A DNA stretch of 64,000 nt from Candidatus Bathyarchaeota archaeon (GCA_963807605.1 CAWECG010000004.1:640001-704000); one strand, 5' to 3'; numbered from the stretch's first letter, positions 31,115 to 42,012 are shown. Translations and numbers: made by a program. The notes: generated from the sequence alone by a model not told the origin.

Positions 31115-31164
31115 GCGCGTGCGCTGCCAGGTAGACCAATTAACATCTCTCCGTAACCAGTTCT

Positions 31165-32146
31165 TTATTCTTGCTTGACGGATACCGACCATTCTTCAAT
31201 ACGAAGGATGTCCTCCATACTTAACCTATACGAAATATCCTCACCAATCTCATAGTTTCTGCCTTCCATCCTAAAGAACCGATTTCCCCACGCGCTCGCC
31301 CGTGTGTTCGTACGCAATGGTGATGTGTCAAAACTGATCTCGTCGTCAAATATGACTCGGAAATAAAAACATAATCCGTCCATTGACCCAGAGCGAACCA
31401 CTCGTTTCGACGTCTCTATAAATTTGGGGAAGTCACTTTGAGACGTTAATTCGTTGAGATCAAATGCAAGAATAGCCCTTGGCTCACATAGAAAGTAGTC
31501 CAAAGCAGCGGGCCCCACCCATTTCAGCTTGTAGCCAGCAGGTTTGAACGCGTGCGCGCGTTTGAACTTATCGATTTCATCCAAATATTTTAGAAATCCA
31601 TAGTCGATATTGTTCAGTCTATTTTCCCATAAAAAAGGAACCTTATGATCCTTTCTTAGGCTGATCGGTTCAAGAAAGAGTTCAAACTTACTCGACAGGA
31701 TTCGCCCTGTTTTTTAGTAAACGATCTTTCAGATCCAAAACGTCTTGGACCATATTCTCGTTAAAAAGATTATCGCCCATCTGTTCTTGAAGAATAATGT
31801 CTACGTTCTCTGGCGGTGCAAAGTCTCGACTATTGGTCTGCACAAATTCAATATTACTTATATTGTTGTGTTCCGCAATTCTCCGTGCTACTTTAATAAT
31901 ATCTGAATGATCGATCGCATAGATTCTCTTTGGTTTTTGTTCAGCCGCATAAAATGAGAGAATTCCTGTCCCGGTGCCAAGGTCAACGACAACATCACCT
32001 GGCTTGATGTAACGTTTGATAGCATCATGATAGCTTTTATTCCGAACAGTATCTGCAAGCATCTTTTCGTGTTCGTAAAGGTCGTTAAATTCTTCAACGG
32101 CTTTTGCGTCAATGAGGAGGGTCCGAAGAAATCTGCTCGAATTCAA
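31165..32146 (-). pseudogene. PRMT-like (arginine methyltransferase fold) SAM methyltransferase, frameshift near 31710
   Basis: EHEKMLADTVRN, VVDLGTGTGIL, VDIILQEQMG..LFNE, then FELFLEP...DGLCFYF.VIF...STSP...WG. Confidence 0.75.
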
Positions 32147-32248
32147 GAGTCTTATTAGACTTGGAAGGACCAGCGCAGTGACTTTTCGGTTATTTGTGAC
32201 ACTTCAAAAACTCCTCCGAATACCCCTCTAAGCGCGCGCTTTTTAAGC

Positions 32249-33028
32249 TTAATGCTTCGAATTTCCCTTTGTACCTGCCGCCAGAATTAGATAGGCCAAA
32301 TGGATTGAGAATGGCAGGGCGGAAAGTAATCTTTCTAGATACACTGAAAAACTACCTGTCTTCACTGCAATAGAGTAAGGCACATTTACGATGTATACTA
32401 GTTTGTCCAGACTAAAGCCGCCAATCTTGACTAAAAGCCTCCGAATATCGAGAAGGTTAAAACAAAAATAAGTGATTCTAGGGGTTCCAGCCCCATGGTA
32501 GCCTTCCTTTCTTCGCAGTATCATCCTTTGCTTCAGTCCCCAATTGTAAACTGTCAAGACAAATACTCCTCCGGGTTCCAGAATTCGAGAAACTTCCCTG
32601 ATAGCCTTCGTCCTACTAGCCTCACTCGGAAGGTGCTCAAACACTTCACAGCTTATGACCCTATCAAAAGATGATTGATTCAAAGGTAGAAAGCATATAT
32701 CAGCACAAATAGCCTCTGCCCTATTCCAGCATTTATTCTTCAGAATTTTCAAAGATTCATTCGCGAAGTCCACGGCAACAACCGAGCATCCTCGCTTAAG
32801 AAGTTCCTCAGTAATTATCCCGGTTCCTGAACCTAAATCTAGAACTTGACTATTCTGTTCCGCCCTCAGTTCATTTACTGTTCGAACAACTTCGTAGAAA
32901 TGGTATTTATTTAGATGCGCTTCATCGTAGGTTTTTGCCTCTTTATTTCTAACCTTCATCTCTGAACTTTTCAGATAGTCATCATCCTCTTTCTCGGTCA
33001 GGTGCGTTGACTTTTTTGACTCTAACAT
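32249..33028 (-). CDS. Class I SAM-dependent methyltransferase
   Basis: VLDLGSGTG, FDRVISCEVFEH, LEPGG. Confidence 0.9.
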   Translation of the reverse strand: MLESKKSTHLTEKEDDDYLKSSEMKVRNKEAKTYDEAHLNKYHFYEVVRTVNELRAEQNSQVLDLGSGTGIITEELLKRGCSVVAVDFANESLKILKNKCWNRAEAICADICFLPLNQSSFDRVISCEVFEHLPSEASRTKAIREVSRILEPGGVFVLTVYNWGLKQRMILRRKEGYHGAGTPRITYFCFNLLDIRRLLVKIGGFSLDKLVYIVNVPYSIAVKTGSFSVYLERLLSALPFSIHLAYLILAAGTKGNSKH

Positions 33029-33057
33029 AATCTTCCAACCTTACAAGTGCGTGGCAG

Positions 33058-34116
33058 TCAGGTGTCGTTAGAAAGTGATTGGATACTTGCGAGCGCTTTT
33101 CTAGCCACAAGAGCCGCGAGCAAATGGGGTGTTTTGCTACCGTGAAGTAACTCCACAAAATATACCCATTGCCTTAGAAGTTCCAACGCGCAAAAGGCAT
33201 TAGCCACCTTACTACCAGCCTCGTTCCTTCCACTTTGAAGAAATATAGATCTTACCATGTGTCTAAGTGTACCGTTGCCTAGCTGCGGAACCATAAGTTC
33301 CGGAACCATAAGTTCCGGAACCATAAGTTCAATAGAACAATAGAACGTAGCCAAGTCTAGAAACGCTGGACCTATCTGAAGACCCTCAAAATCGACTGCA
33401 GAGACACGAGATTCGCTCAGGAAAACATGATCAGGGCAAAAAGCATAATGGATTAGCGCTGGCTTAGACGCCCATTCATACTGTCTTATAATATCGATCA
33501 TTGACCAAGCTTTACTAACGAGATGCCCTGGCAATCCTGAACTCACTGCTCTCTTGATAAGAGCTTCATATCCGCATACGAAATCTTCTCTATCAAGAGA
33601 AATATCTTCAACATCTATGCTGTGCAAGAACCTGAGCCATCCTGCCGTTCGCTTCATCTGTCGGGCTAGCGTCAAGGTTCTTCCCTGTGTAGGGGGCATT
33701 ACCTTGGCCCATAGCACCAGATCATTCAGGCATACACCTTCGACTCCCGCTGTAACTACTGCATTTACCCCTTTGATCAGGTCGATCGGCTTTGAGACTT
33801 CGAAATCATTTGATGTCTCAAAGTGCTTCCATGCGATTTGCAGCTTTCGAAATTCGTCAGCCGCAGTGAGATAGTTTTGATGAACCTTCACAAACAGAGT
33901 TCTTTTCACCAACTTAGTGCTGGTGCTTTCGAGGACTACCTTGAAGATTTGTCGACCGCACCATCCTTTTGGCGGGAAGCTAGCGTTCGTGTGTAGAGAT
34001 GGAAAGCAGCGATCCGCTATACGGAAAGTCAAGCCGGGGCATCCTTTCAATTCGGGAAAATATTCCAAGAGCCGCGGCCTTATTTCATCAGCCACCAGAT
34101 CTATCGCTCGTTTCAT
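33058..34116 (-). CDS. Aminoglycoside/choline phosphotransferase-like (kinase fold) protein
   Basis: LFVK...DEF, LRFLH, LIHYAFCPDHV, VDFE, GPAFLDLA. Confidence 0.75.
   Translation of the reverse strand: MKRAIDLVADEIRPRLLEYFPELKGCPGLTFRIADRCFPSLHTNASFPPKGWCGRQIFKVVLESTSTKLVKRTLFVKVHQNYLTAADEFRKLQIAWKHFETSNDFEVSKPIDLIKGVNAVVTAGVEGVCLNDLVLWAKVMPPTQGRTLTLARQMKRTAGWLRFLHSIDVEDISLDREDFVCGYEALIKRAVSSGLPGHLVSKAWSMIDIIRQYEWASKPALIHYAFCPDHVFLSESRVSAVDFEGLQIGPAFLDLATFYCSIELMVPELMVPELMVPQLGNGTLRHMVRSIFLQSGRNEAGSKVANAFCALELLRQWVYFVELLHGSKTPHLLAALVARKALASIQSLSNDT
33286..33330. repeat. 3 x 15-bp in-frame tandem repeat (ELMVP)
   Basis: cggaaccataagttc x3. Confidence 0.95.
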
Positions 34117-34274
34117 TCAAACGCGCCAGTTCAGTAACTAATGTGTTGAACAATCTAGCCCTACACACGCGTGCGTCAAGTCTGAGAAGATAATTGGATC
34201 CAATAACTGCCCTCCAGACAATCTGACAGCGTCAAGTTTTCTCATTGATCTCTCATAACCACGGGTCTACCAGC

Positions 34275-35342
34275 CTATTTGTAGCGCGCGCGTTTGAGAA
34301 GATCTATTGATCGATAGGCCCTATAGATGATCTTCTTTCTAGCAGCTAGCATTCTTAGGTTCCCTCTTCTGAGTGTATTCCACCGCCGTTTGTAGGGTTC
34401 ACTCTCGTGCCCCCTCATAAAATCATATTCCTTCAGACCCCACTTAATGCTGCTCGCTATAAGATAACGATTCAAAAGCGATCCAACGCTGTACTTGGAA
34501 TAGAAAGGTTCAAAACCAGATTGGTAGAAATACATCTTATCAGAATACTTGAAATTATACTGAGCCGCTACAGGCCGGCTGTCCGGCATCAAGAAGCTCA
34601 GGGCCAACCATCCTTTCTCTGCAAAGGACCTTGCCACGTCGAGATGGAAATCTCGTACCTTCTGATCTGAGAAAATACCAACTAAATTCTTGGAACGCAT
34701 ACGCCTTTGATGTAGATCAAAGAAAACCTCCATGGCATTATCGGGGAGTTCGCCCTCCGTCAAAACCCTGAAATGTACTTTGTGGTTCTCCTTCAATCTT
34801 CTTTCCTGCCTTCTTAGGTCTTTTATGAAATGTGGGTCGACTCCTCGCAAGTAGTCCCCGAAATCGTTCGGTAGTGGAATGTAAGCACATCCGACCATTT
34901 CCTTTTCTTTAAAGTCCATGGATTCGGATGAAGCTGATCTTAGTAGTTTAGCCGTCTCAAAGCAATTAGACACGTTGTTCAGTTCGATAACGTTCCAACT
35001 CGGCTTATTCTGGTTTACATAATCAAGGATCATATCTACAGGTTCCTTAGCCTTCGCAGTGAGTAGGAAGCTATGATAATCTGACTCCGGAGTTCCAACG
35101 AATTCTACCTTAAGCCCCAGCATCGGGCATCTAGAGATCATTAGCGGAGCCGCGGCCAAGATTCTTTCGCCATCGACAACTGTGACCAGAAGAAACCCCC
35201 TCCCCGTCCCGAAATGTTTCCACCAATTTGACAACCACTCCCATGTTAGGAATACATGGTTATCGATACTTTCTTTCAAAGTACTGTTCCATAGATCTCT
35301 CCGATCCAAGAACTCTTCCAAGGACCACTTGACTACTCTCAA
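34275..35342 (-). CDS. GNAT acetyltransferase (CelD/BcsL-like), paralog of 26015-27088
   Basis: Same motifs; inverted orientation. Confidence 0.9.
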   Translation of the reverse strand: MRVVKWSLEEFLDRRDLWNSTLKESIDNHVFLTWEWLSNWWKHFGTGRGFLLVTVVDGERILAAAPLMISRCPMLGLKVEFVGTPESDYHSFLLTAKAKEPVDMILDYVNQNKPSWNVIELNNVSNCFETAKLLRSASSESMDFKEKEMVGCAYIPLPNDFGDYLRGVDPHFIKDLRRQERRLKENHKVHFRVLTEGELPDNAMEVFFDLHQRRMRSKNLVGIFSDQKVRDFHLDVARSFAEKGWLALSFLMPDSRPVAAQYNFKYSDKMYFYQSGFEPFYSKYSVGSLLNRYLIASSIKWGLKEYDFMRGHESEPYKRRWNTLRRGNLRMLAARKKIIYRAYRSIDLLKRARYK

Positions 35343-35607
35343 GTTAACGACTTCTCAAAATATGATACAAACTTCTAACAATGTAACTGACTCTAGCCGC
35401 GAAGCCAGTTAACTGTTACTACGTGCGCTTGCATTTCGGGAGATCTCACTGATGACGTTTGTCCTGCTAATCTAGTTGTGAAAAAATCCTTCCAGAGATT
35501 TTGCATTCATAAGTGGAAAACAAATATTGTCGCGTCGCAACAGAAAGCCATGCCTACGGCATCTCCCCCTCACTAGCTCCAATATTCCTTCTATCATAAA
35601 CATATTT

Positions 35608-35868
35608 CTAGTATTTCATATATATTGTCCAGCCCCTGCACTTGGCACAAACTGTTTCTCGAACGTCATCTTTCGGACTGTAACTGGAGAAAACATGGCG
35701 CGCTCTTACGTAGGCGTCTCCATTCCAGACCTCCACCACTGACTTATCAATTATGTTTCCAAAATCACTCTTCCTTTGACTGACAAAACAACAAGGGGAT
35801 ACCCCTCCGTCCGAGTTGATTCTTATGTTTTCCCACAAATCGGAGCACTACAAAAAGGGGTCCACAGG
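35608..35868 (-). pseudogene. Orphan SPASM/twitch Fe-S domain (3' end of a radical SAM gene)
   Basis: CSDLWENIRINSDGGVSPCC...FGNI...EVWNG...CAKC; no radical SAM core upstream, GCGCGCGC at 35869. Confidence 0.78.
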
Positions 35869-36119
35869 GCGCGCGCTGTTAGTTCATTTGTCAAAATACG
35901 CACCAGATCTGACCTAAGAGTTGACTGAGGAATATCCTCATAACTATGACATCTAAGGACGGCTGGTCCTCACAAGTTCTATCTCTTAAGTGTTCCTTTC
36001 TGAGCACAACATCTTTCTCAGCGACATGTCAGAATAATTGTTTCGAACGCGCGCGCTACCAATAACATAACTCTGGTCCTAGCCTACATATATGCAATGT
36101 TTGCACAGGCGTCAAACAA

Positions 36120-37262
36120 TCATAATGGGCTCTGCTTACGAAGAATCATTCTAAATGCATGCTTCCAGGCGGCAAGTACCTTGTCTACATTACAGAAATC
36201 CAGCAACGCGTGATACGCATTATTCGATATATCATCCAAATCTCTCCTCTCTAGGATTTCTAAGACTCTTTCTGCGAGGTGTTCCACGCTGATATTGACC
36301 AGGAGAAATGCACTTCTTCCATCATCTAGAAGACTTGTTAACGCAGCAATAGGTGCAGCTAACACTGGCGTGCCACTCGCCATCGCTTCTAGCACCACTG
36401 CACCATACGCTTCGAATTTTGACGGCAGAACAAGTAACTTCAATTTCTTTAAGTAGGACTCAACTCTGTTGGTCCAAGGAATCAGAACTACTCGATCTCT
36501 TATTTTCAGAGAACCCACCTCCTGTTCGACCCATTCTTTGAAAGGCCCATCCCCAACCACTAAGAAGTTCACATCGCTCCTCCGTGATGCAACAATCGAA
36601 ATTGATTTAACAAACTCCATTATTCCCTTCTCCCAACTTAGGCGACCAACAAAACCAACGATGTTTTCCCTTTTAGAGGGCACAGAATAATTGAATACTT
36701 TAAAAAACGCCTTGTCACAAAATCTAACAGGCGCCACATACGTCTTTTCTACATATTTCCTAAGTACAGGATCCATCTTCAAAATATATTGTGAAACAGC
36801 AAGGATTCCTTTTGACCACCTGTAACACAGATCATCCATGATATCAGCCAGCCTCCAGAAGATGATACTTCTTGGATGAATTGGTAGACTGATCCCGCCT
36901 GTATACTCTATTGCATACTTCCTCAAAATGTGTAGCAACAACATCGTAAGTGGCATGGTAGTATGGGAACATACTACAAAATCTGTCCTTCGACTTAGTT
37001 TAAGTACAAGCATAGCCACCGATAAATCTTCCAACATAAATACGAGTATCCTCAGCAAAATATTGTTCATGGGAGTATTCAAAACTCTAGATAATGGTAC
37101 CTCGAACAAAATGACTTCCTTCGGCAGCTCCTCAGGCGTATCGTCCTTGAAACCGATGAGATAGACGGGCCTAAAATTAAGTAGAGTCATAATCTTAGCC
37201 GTATCGACGCGAAGCCAAGTCACAGGATTTCTCGGCGAGAAAACCAGAAGGATAGCTGGCAT
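36120..37262 (-). CDS. Glycosyltransferase family 4
   Basis: GFVGRLSWEKG, EAYGAVVLEAMASG. Confidence 0.92.
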   Translation of the reverse strand: MPAILLVFSPRNPVTWLRVDTAKIMTLLNFRPVYLIGFKDDTPEELPKEVILFEVPLSRVLNTPMNNILLRILVFMLEDLSVAMLVLKLSRRTDFVVCSHTTMPLTMLLLHILRKYAIEYTGGISLPIHPRSIIFWRLADIMDDLCYRWSKGILAVSQYILKMDPVLRKYVEKTYVAPVRFCDKAFFKVFNYSVPSKRENIVGFVGRLSWEKGIMEFVKSISIVASRRSDVNFLVVGDGPFKEWVEQEVGSLKIRDRVVLIPWTNRVESYLKKLKLLVLPSKFEAYGAVVLEAMASGTPVLAAPIAALTSLLDDGRSAFLLVNISVEHLAERVLEILERRDLDDISNNAYHALLDFCNVDKVLAAWKHAFRMILRKQSPL

Positions 37263-37299
37263 GATAGATCTATGTGACTTCTTTTATTCCTCTTGATTC

Positions 37300-37430
37300 A
37301 TTTACGTACGCGCGTAAATGTGTATTTCACATATGGTTCTGGATTTTTTGGAAATATGCTATTCCTTGACGCTTTTAGGAAGCTGTGTTCCCACATCATT
37401 TCCCATAACTTCAACCTCTCTGACCATACA
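37300..37430 (-). pseudogene. 3' fragment of the PIG-L-like gene
   Basis: VWSERLKLWEMMWEHSFL...NPEPYVKYTFTR; begins after GCGCGCGC 37431-37438. Confidence 0.85.
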
Positions 37431-37602
37431 GCGCGCGCATTCTTCGATTCATTGAGTTTATCGAGGACATAGATATCATTAGACGCTTCCCGACATTCCC
37501 AAGGCCAAATTGTACCTATTTCCAGTAGACGCCATCAGCTATATATCCGTTTACCCCATTGGCCAGTTCATTGGATAAGTTTCTTTTGGACTACACACGC
37601 AC

Positions 37603-38394
37603 CTAACCTGACGTCTTCGGTTTCACTGCCCTCACCGTTATTAAGACCTCATAATCGGGGTCAAAGTAATCCACTTCCCCCTCGCCCAGCTCCTCCGTCG
37701 CCAAACCTTCAAGAAAGGCAACTGCCGCGAAAACGTTTCCATATGACTTGACCGTGATGTTTGCAGCCGGAAAGTACTCCTGGAACAGCCGTTGTGCTGA
37801 TTGGGTTGTAAATCGCCAGTATTCGCCCCATGGGTCTATGCCAATGCGACAGCTAATCTTGTTGAGGCCACTCGTAGTGGCCAAGAGCACCCCGCCCGGC
37901 TTCAGGATACGATAGAGGTGCCGAAGTGTTGCTTTCACATCGTAAATGCACTCAAGTGTTTGCGTGAAGATAATGGAGTCAAAAGTATCCGACTGTATAT
38001 TGTCAGCGCGGGTCAAGTCCGCCACAATGGTTGCCTTCCGATTGCCCTCCACTGCATGAAGCACATCGCTCTTGGTGACGCGGTTACCTCCAAACTTTCG
38101 AGTGTAAAAGTCGTCCTCTATTTCTAGTACATGACCCCGGATGTCCGAAGAGTATGTAGATAGAAACTGCTCTATGTAGTGACGGTCAATGGGCAGACCT
38201 CGGTCAAAGCCAAAATTGCGATTAATAGGCGTCAGCCGTCGCAAGTCACCAAACCGCACCGTTCCTGCTAGTGGCCATACCAATCGGTATCGACATTTCT
38301 GCTTCCAAAGCCAATTTTCAGCCTTTAGCGGGAGAACTACTTTCGCTAGTGCCTTGACTCGATCGCTGAGAATAGAAGAAAAATCTTCTCTCAT
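37603..38394 (-). CDS. SAM-dependent methyltransferase-domain protein
   Basis: FGFDRGLPIDR, VLEI, FDSIIFTQTL, LKPGG, YWRFT. Confidence 0.85.
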   Translation of the reverse strand: MREDFSSILSDRVKALAKVVLPLKAENWLWKQKCRYRLVWPLAGTVRFGDLRRLTPINRNFGFDRGLPIDRHYIEQFLSTYSSDIRGHVLEIEDDFYTRKFGGNRVTKSDVLHAVEGNRKATIVADLTRADNIQSDTFDSIIFTQTLECIYDVKATLRHLYRILKPGGVLLATTSGLNKISCRIGIDPWGEYWRFTTQSAQRLFQEYFPAANITVKSYGNVFAAVAFLEGLATEELGEGEVDYFDPDYEVLITVRAVKPKTSG

Positions 38395-38426
38395 TTGCTC
38401 ACGACAAACCTACATGGGTTTCTTCA

Positions 38427-39401
38427 TTAGCGCGGGCGCGTAAATGTGTAGTTCACATATGGTTCCGGATTTTCCGGGAACATTGGGTTCCTTGACGGTT
38501 CAAGGAAGCTATGTTCCCACATCATTTCCCATAACAACCTCAATCTCTCTGACCATGCACTGTCGATAGCCTCATATTCAACTGGATTAAGGGTTTCTTG
38601 AGGCTTTCCGTAAATTGTGGTGAAGCGAGATCCCAGTCTGTCCAATCCAAGTTTAAGCATTTCCGGGAATATGAGATTCTTTGATGATTCAAGGAAGCTA
38701 TGTTCCCACATCATTTCCCATAACTTCAACCTCTCTGACCATACACTGTCGATAGCCTCATATTCAACCGGATTAAGGGTCCCTTGAGGCTTTCCGTAAA
38801 CTGTGGTGAAGCGAGATCCCAGTCTGTCCAGTCCAAGTTTGAGCATTACATCTTGAATAGCTATGGCTGTGGCATCACCAGCCGCCATATGATCACGATG
38901 TTCCCACGCGTTAGAGGAGTACTTTCTGCCTGCATGCCAACAAACGAGATGCAGCGCGTAATTATTTGTATCAACGGCCCGGCAAATTATATCACATATA
39001 TCTTGTGCAATTTGCGAAATAAAATGTTGGGCCAGGCTATCTGGGAAATTCAGGGTAAAGACGCTCCTGATTTTCAAATACGTAGCGCGACATTTGACAG
39101 AGGCTAAACGTTTGTTCATGAGATTGCGGCTAAACCATCGTTGCCTATCTCCATTTGGAGTGTGTACAGTCTGGATTTCCAGATCTGCTTTGTAAGAACC
39201 GTGTTTGACATCCCAGTTATGATTACTAAAGTCAGCGGCTCCGTCAGTCACAATTATCAGCAATATTGGATGTCTGCCAACATCATTTTTTATAATCTGG
39301 CCACCCCACTCAATATCCCAATCGTCTGGGTGGGCTGCGATGTAGACAGCCAAACCGTTTTCGTCCTCATTGACGGGTGGACCAGGGATTAACCTCAACA
39401 C
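38427..39401 (-). CDS. PIG-L/LmbE-family deacetylase with internal C-terminal duplication
   Basis: AHPDD, VTDG, FPDS, HRDH. Confidence 0.8.
   Translation of the reverse strand: MLRLIPGPPVNEDENGLAVYIAAHPDDWDIEWGGQIIKNDVGRHPILLIIVTDGAADFSNHNWDVKHGSYKADLEIQTVHTPNGDRQRWFSRNLMNKRLASVKCRATYLKIRSVFTLNFPDSLAQHFISQIAQDICDIICRAVDTNNYALHLVCWHAGRKYSSNAWEHRDHMAAGDATAIAIQDVMLKLGLDRLGSRFTTVYGKPQGTLNPVEYEAIDSVWSERLKLWEMMWEHSFLESSKNLIFPEMLKLGLDRLGSRFTTIYGKPQETLNPVEYEAIDSAWSERLRLLWEMMWEHSFLEPSRNPMFPENPEPYVNYTFTRPR
38472..38846 (-). repeat. Tandem ~186-bp (62-aa) in-frame duplication inside the PIG-L gene
   Basis: MLKLGLDRLGSRFTT...WEMMWEHSFLE...FPE occurs twice. Confidence 0.93.
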
Positions 39402-39706
39402 TTTGTCTTCCTTGCTAGATTTACGCGCCTGCCACTTGGCTTCCTCATTAGCTTTCGCATTTCTCTTCCATTTATGTCCATACCATATATGCTGCTTCTG
39501 AGAACAAAACGTACTGGTTTTTGACCCCTAGAACTCTCAATAACATTGTATCGCCCGTGACTGTGACATCGAAAGGAGGCAGTTCTTCAACCGAAGTTCC
39601 ATCTCTTAAGCGTTACGTGCACGTAGTCTCCTCGAACAATCCATCAGGACGACCCTCCGGTTTGGGAAGGACCTCCCAATAACGTCAAAAGGTGAATAGC
39701 GCGCGC

Positions 39707-40379
39707 TTTTGAGGTTATAAGTGGAATGGATCTAACAAATTCCATTATCCCTTTTTCCCAGCTCAAGCGCGAGGCGAAACCGACAATATTTCTCCTGTAG
39801 GAAAGGAGGAGCAACTGAACTTCTCGAAGAATTCTTCGTCACAGAGCCTGCTGGGAGTCGCGCAGACCTTGGCTGAATACCTCTTCAACAGAGGATCCAT
39901 CTCAACCAATCCAGGTGAAGGGACGAGGATGCCCCCGACCATCTATAATGCAGATAATCTAAAACGCAGTTGATCTTCCAAGATAGAACAGCTTGAGGGT
40001 GTGATGAAAGTGTAACTCCTCCTGTGTAAACCAAGGAATCCTTACGCAGAATGCGCGATAGCAACAAGGGAAGAGGCATTGAGCAATGATAGAAGATTAT
40101 GAAGTTAATGCGCTTGTTTATTCTGAGAAAAGTCAGAGTCACTGTCAGTTGCTCCAATAGAAAAGCAAATGCTCCCATGAATCCATTTGCAGGCGTATGC
40201 AAAATTCTCGAGAATGCTACCTCCAGAAACGTAATCCTTCCTTGATGATCATATGAGTCTCTTCTTGGACTAATCAGAAAAATATCTTTGAAATCGATCT
40301 TTCCCAGTATTTTAATCATATCAGCAATTCTAGCCTCGAACAGATTTCTGGGTGAGAAAACTAGAAGAACCGATGACGT
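39707..40379 (-). pseudogene. GT4 pseudogene (paralog of 36120-37262), 3'-truncated
   Basis: Start ATG>ACG, two frameshifts, ends at ...EKGIMEFVRSIPLITSK|GCGCGCGC (39699-39706). Confidence 0.85.
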
Positions 40380-40479
40380 AAGAGATCTATCTGATCTCTT
40401 GACTCCGTTAGCACGGAATAATCTGTAGTTTAGTGTCTTTCTCTATTGATATCCATTAGTACGTTCATGGTTCAAACGG

Positions 40480-41457
40480 TTAATTCATCCTGGCTCTGAT
40501 AATTCTCTCTATCGTTTGACTGGGGGCATTCAGTCTTTTCATGCTTAGAAGGTCTTCGGCTTTACTTATGTCAACTAGTATTCTTTTCTTATCTTCAGCC
40601 GCATACAAGACTGGAAGCCCAGTATTAATAACCTTTATTTCGGGCGATATTTTTTCCTGCGAGCATTCTACAATTTTGTCTTTGACAATGTTAGCTAGCT
40701 CCAGTATTGTGATAGGCTCTGGCCAGACAAGGTTGACTACGTTGTCATTTTTTGTGTCAAGCACATTCTCTAGAGTCTTCTTGGCATAGGCTTCGAATGC
40801 TCTGCAGACATCAACGATATCGACATATAACATGGGGCGATGCATGCTGTGTGCATATGGCGTGATTGCCTCACCTAGCAACCCTTTTGATATGAATATG
40901 TTTGCTGCGGCATTCTCAGGCATACCTTCGCCAAGTACTGTCCCCATTCTTATGACTCCATAAAACTTAGAGGACATCTCGTTATAGAGTTTCATAATAG
41001 TCTCTTGAGCGATCTTGCTTAGAACATAGAATCTTGCGGTATCCTCTACCTTATCTGGCTTGAAAGCGAACGATTCATCAATGATACCACTAAACTGTCC
41101 GTAACCGAAAACATGCCACGTACCGGCCAGCAATAAACCCTTGGGCGACTTGTGCTTGTCTACAGCGCTGCATAGGTTTTGGATGCCAAGGAGGTTAACT
41201 CCATACCCAGCTCGCTTTACCTCATTTACATATGGTATCTGAACTATCGCTGTGTTGATCACTAGAAAAACGTCTTCGATACCTTTGTTAACATCATCAC
41301 TATCGGTAATATCACAGAACTCGAACTGGACAGTCTGCCTGATACTATCCGGCACGGGATTGGTATCCAGAACTTTCACTCTAAATGAATTACTCAAGTA
41401 CTTGGCCAAAGAGGATCCTATGTAACCTGACCCACCAAGAATGGCTATCTCGTACAC
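40480..41457 (-). CDS. NAD-dependent epimerase/dehydratase
   Basis: GGSGYIG, YVLSK. Confidence 0.9.
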   Translation of the reverse strand: MYEIAILGGSGYIGSSLAKYLSNSFRVKVLDTNPVPDSIRQTVQFEFCDITDSDDVNKGIEDVFLVINTAIVQIPYVNEVKRAGYGVNLLGIQNLCSAVDKHKSPKGLLLAGTWHVFGYGQFSGIIDESFAFKPDKVEDTARFYVLSKIAQETIMKLYNEMSSKFYGVIRMGTVLGEGMPENAAANIFISKGLLGEAITPYAHSMHRPMLYVDIVDVCRAFEAYAKKTLENVLDTKNDNVVNLVWPEPITILELANIVKDKIVECSQEKISPEIKVINTGLPVLYAAEDKKRILVDISKAEDLLSMKRLNAPSQTIERIIRARMN

Positions 41458-41748
41458 CGGTCTTGCACCAACTGATCGATCTGATGAATCAATAAGATAT
41501 TAAAAGGCTAGCGCATGATGACATGTCAGTCCAGACTTCAAAAAAGGGCAAAAATGCCTTCACGTGCTCTAAACTGCACAATCACGCAGGGTTGCCAAAT
41601 ACTCAGGCACCCCTAGAATCATGGCCTCACACCATAATAGCTGAGAGGATAGCAAGGATTTGCAACTATGATAGGTTTAGAATAACAGCGTCGTTATACC
41701 ATTTGAATATCGCCTGCGAGCATAATTGTCTGTTGTCACAACGCGCGC

Positions 41749-42012
41749 TCCAAGAATTTGTATAGCTACCGAGACCTGTTCTAACACAAAGGCGAGTATC
41801 CTCACTGATAGGTTACCTACAGGTTTGTTCAAGACTCTCGACATCGGTAATCTACATATGGCGACGCCTTCAGGCAGTCCTGCGAGCGTATCCTCGTTTG
41901 GACCTATAAGAATAACAGTCTTGAAACCAAGTAGCTTCAAAATATTGGCCGTGTCTATCCCGATCCATGTTACAGGATCTTTTGGAGAGACAACCAGAAC
42001 GATAGCTGACAT
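41749..42012 (-). pseudogene. GT4 5' fragment (paralog of 36120-37262)
   Basis: MSAIVLVVSPKDPVTW...; homology ends at CGCGCGC 41742-41748. Confidence 0.85.
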
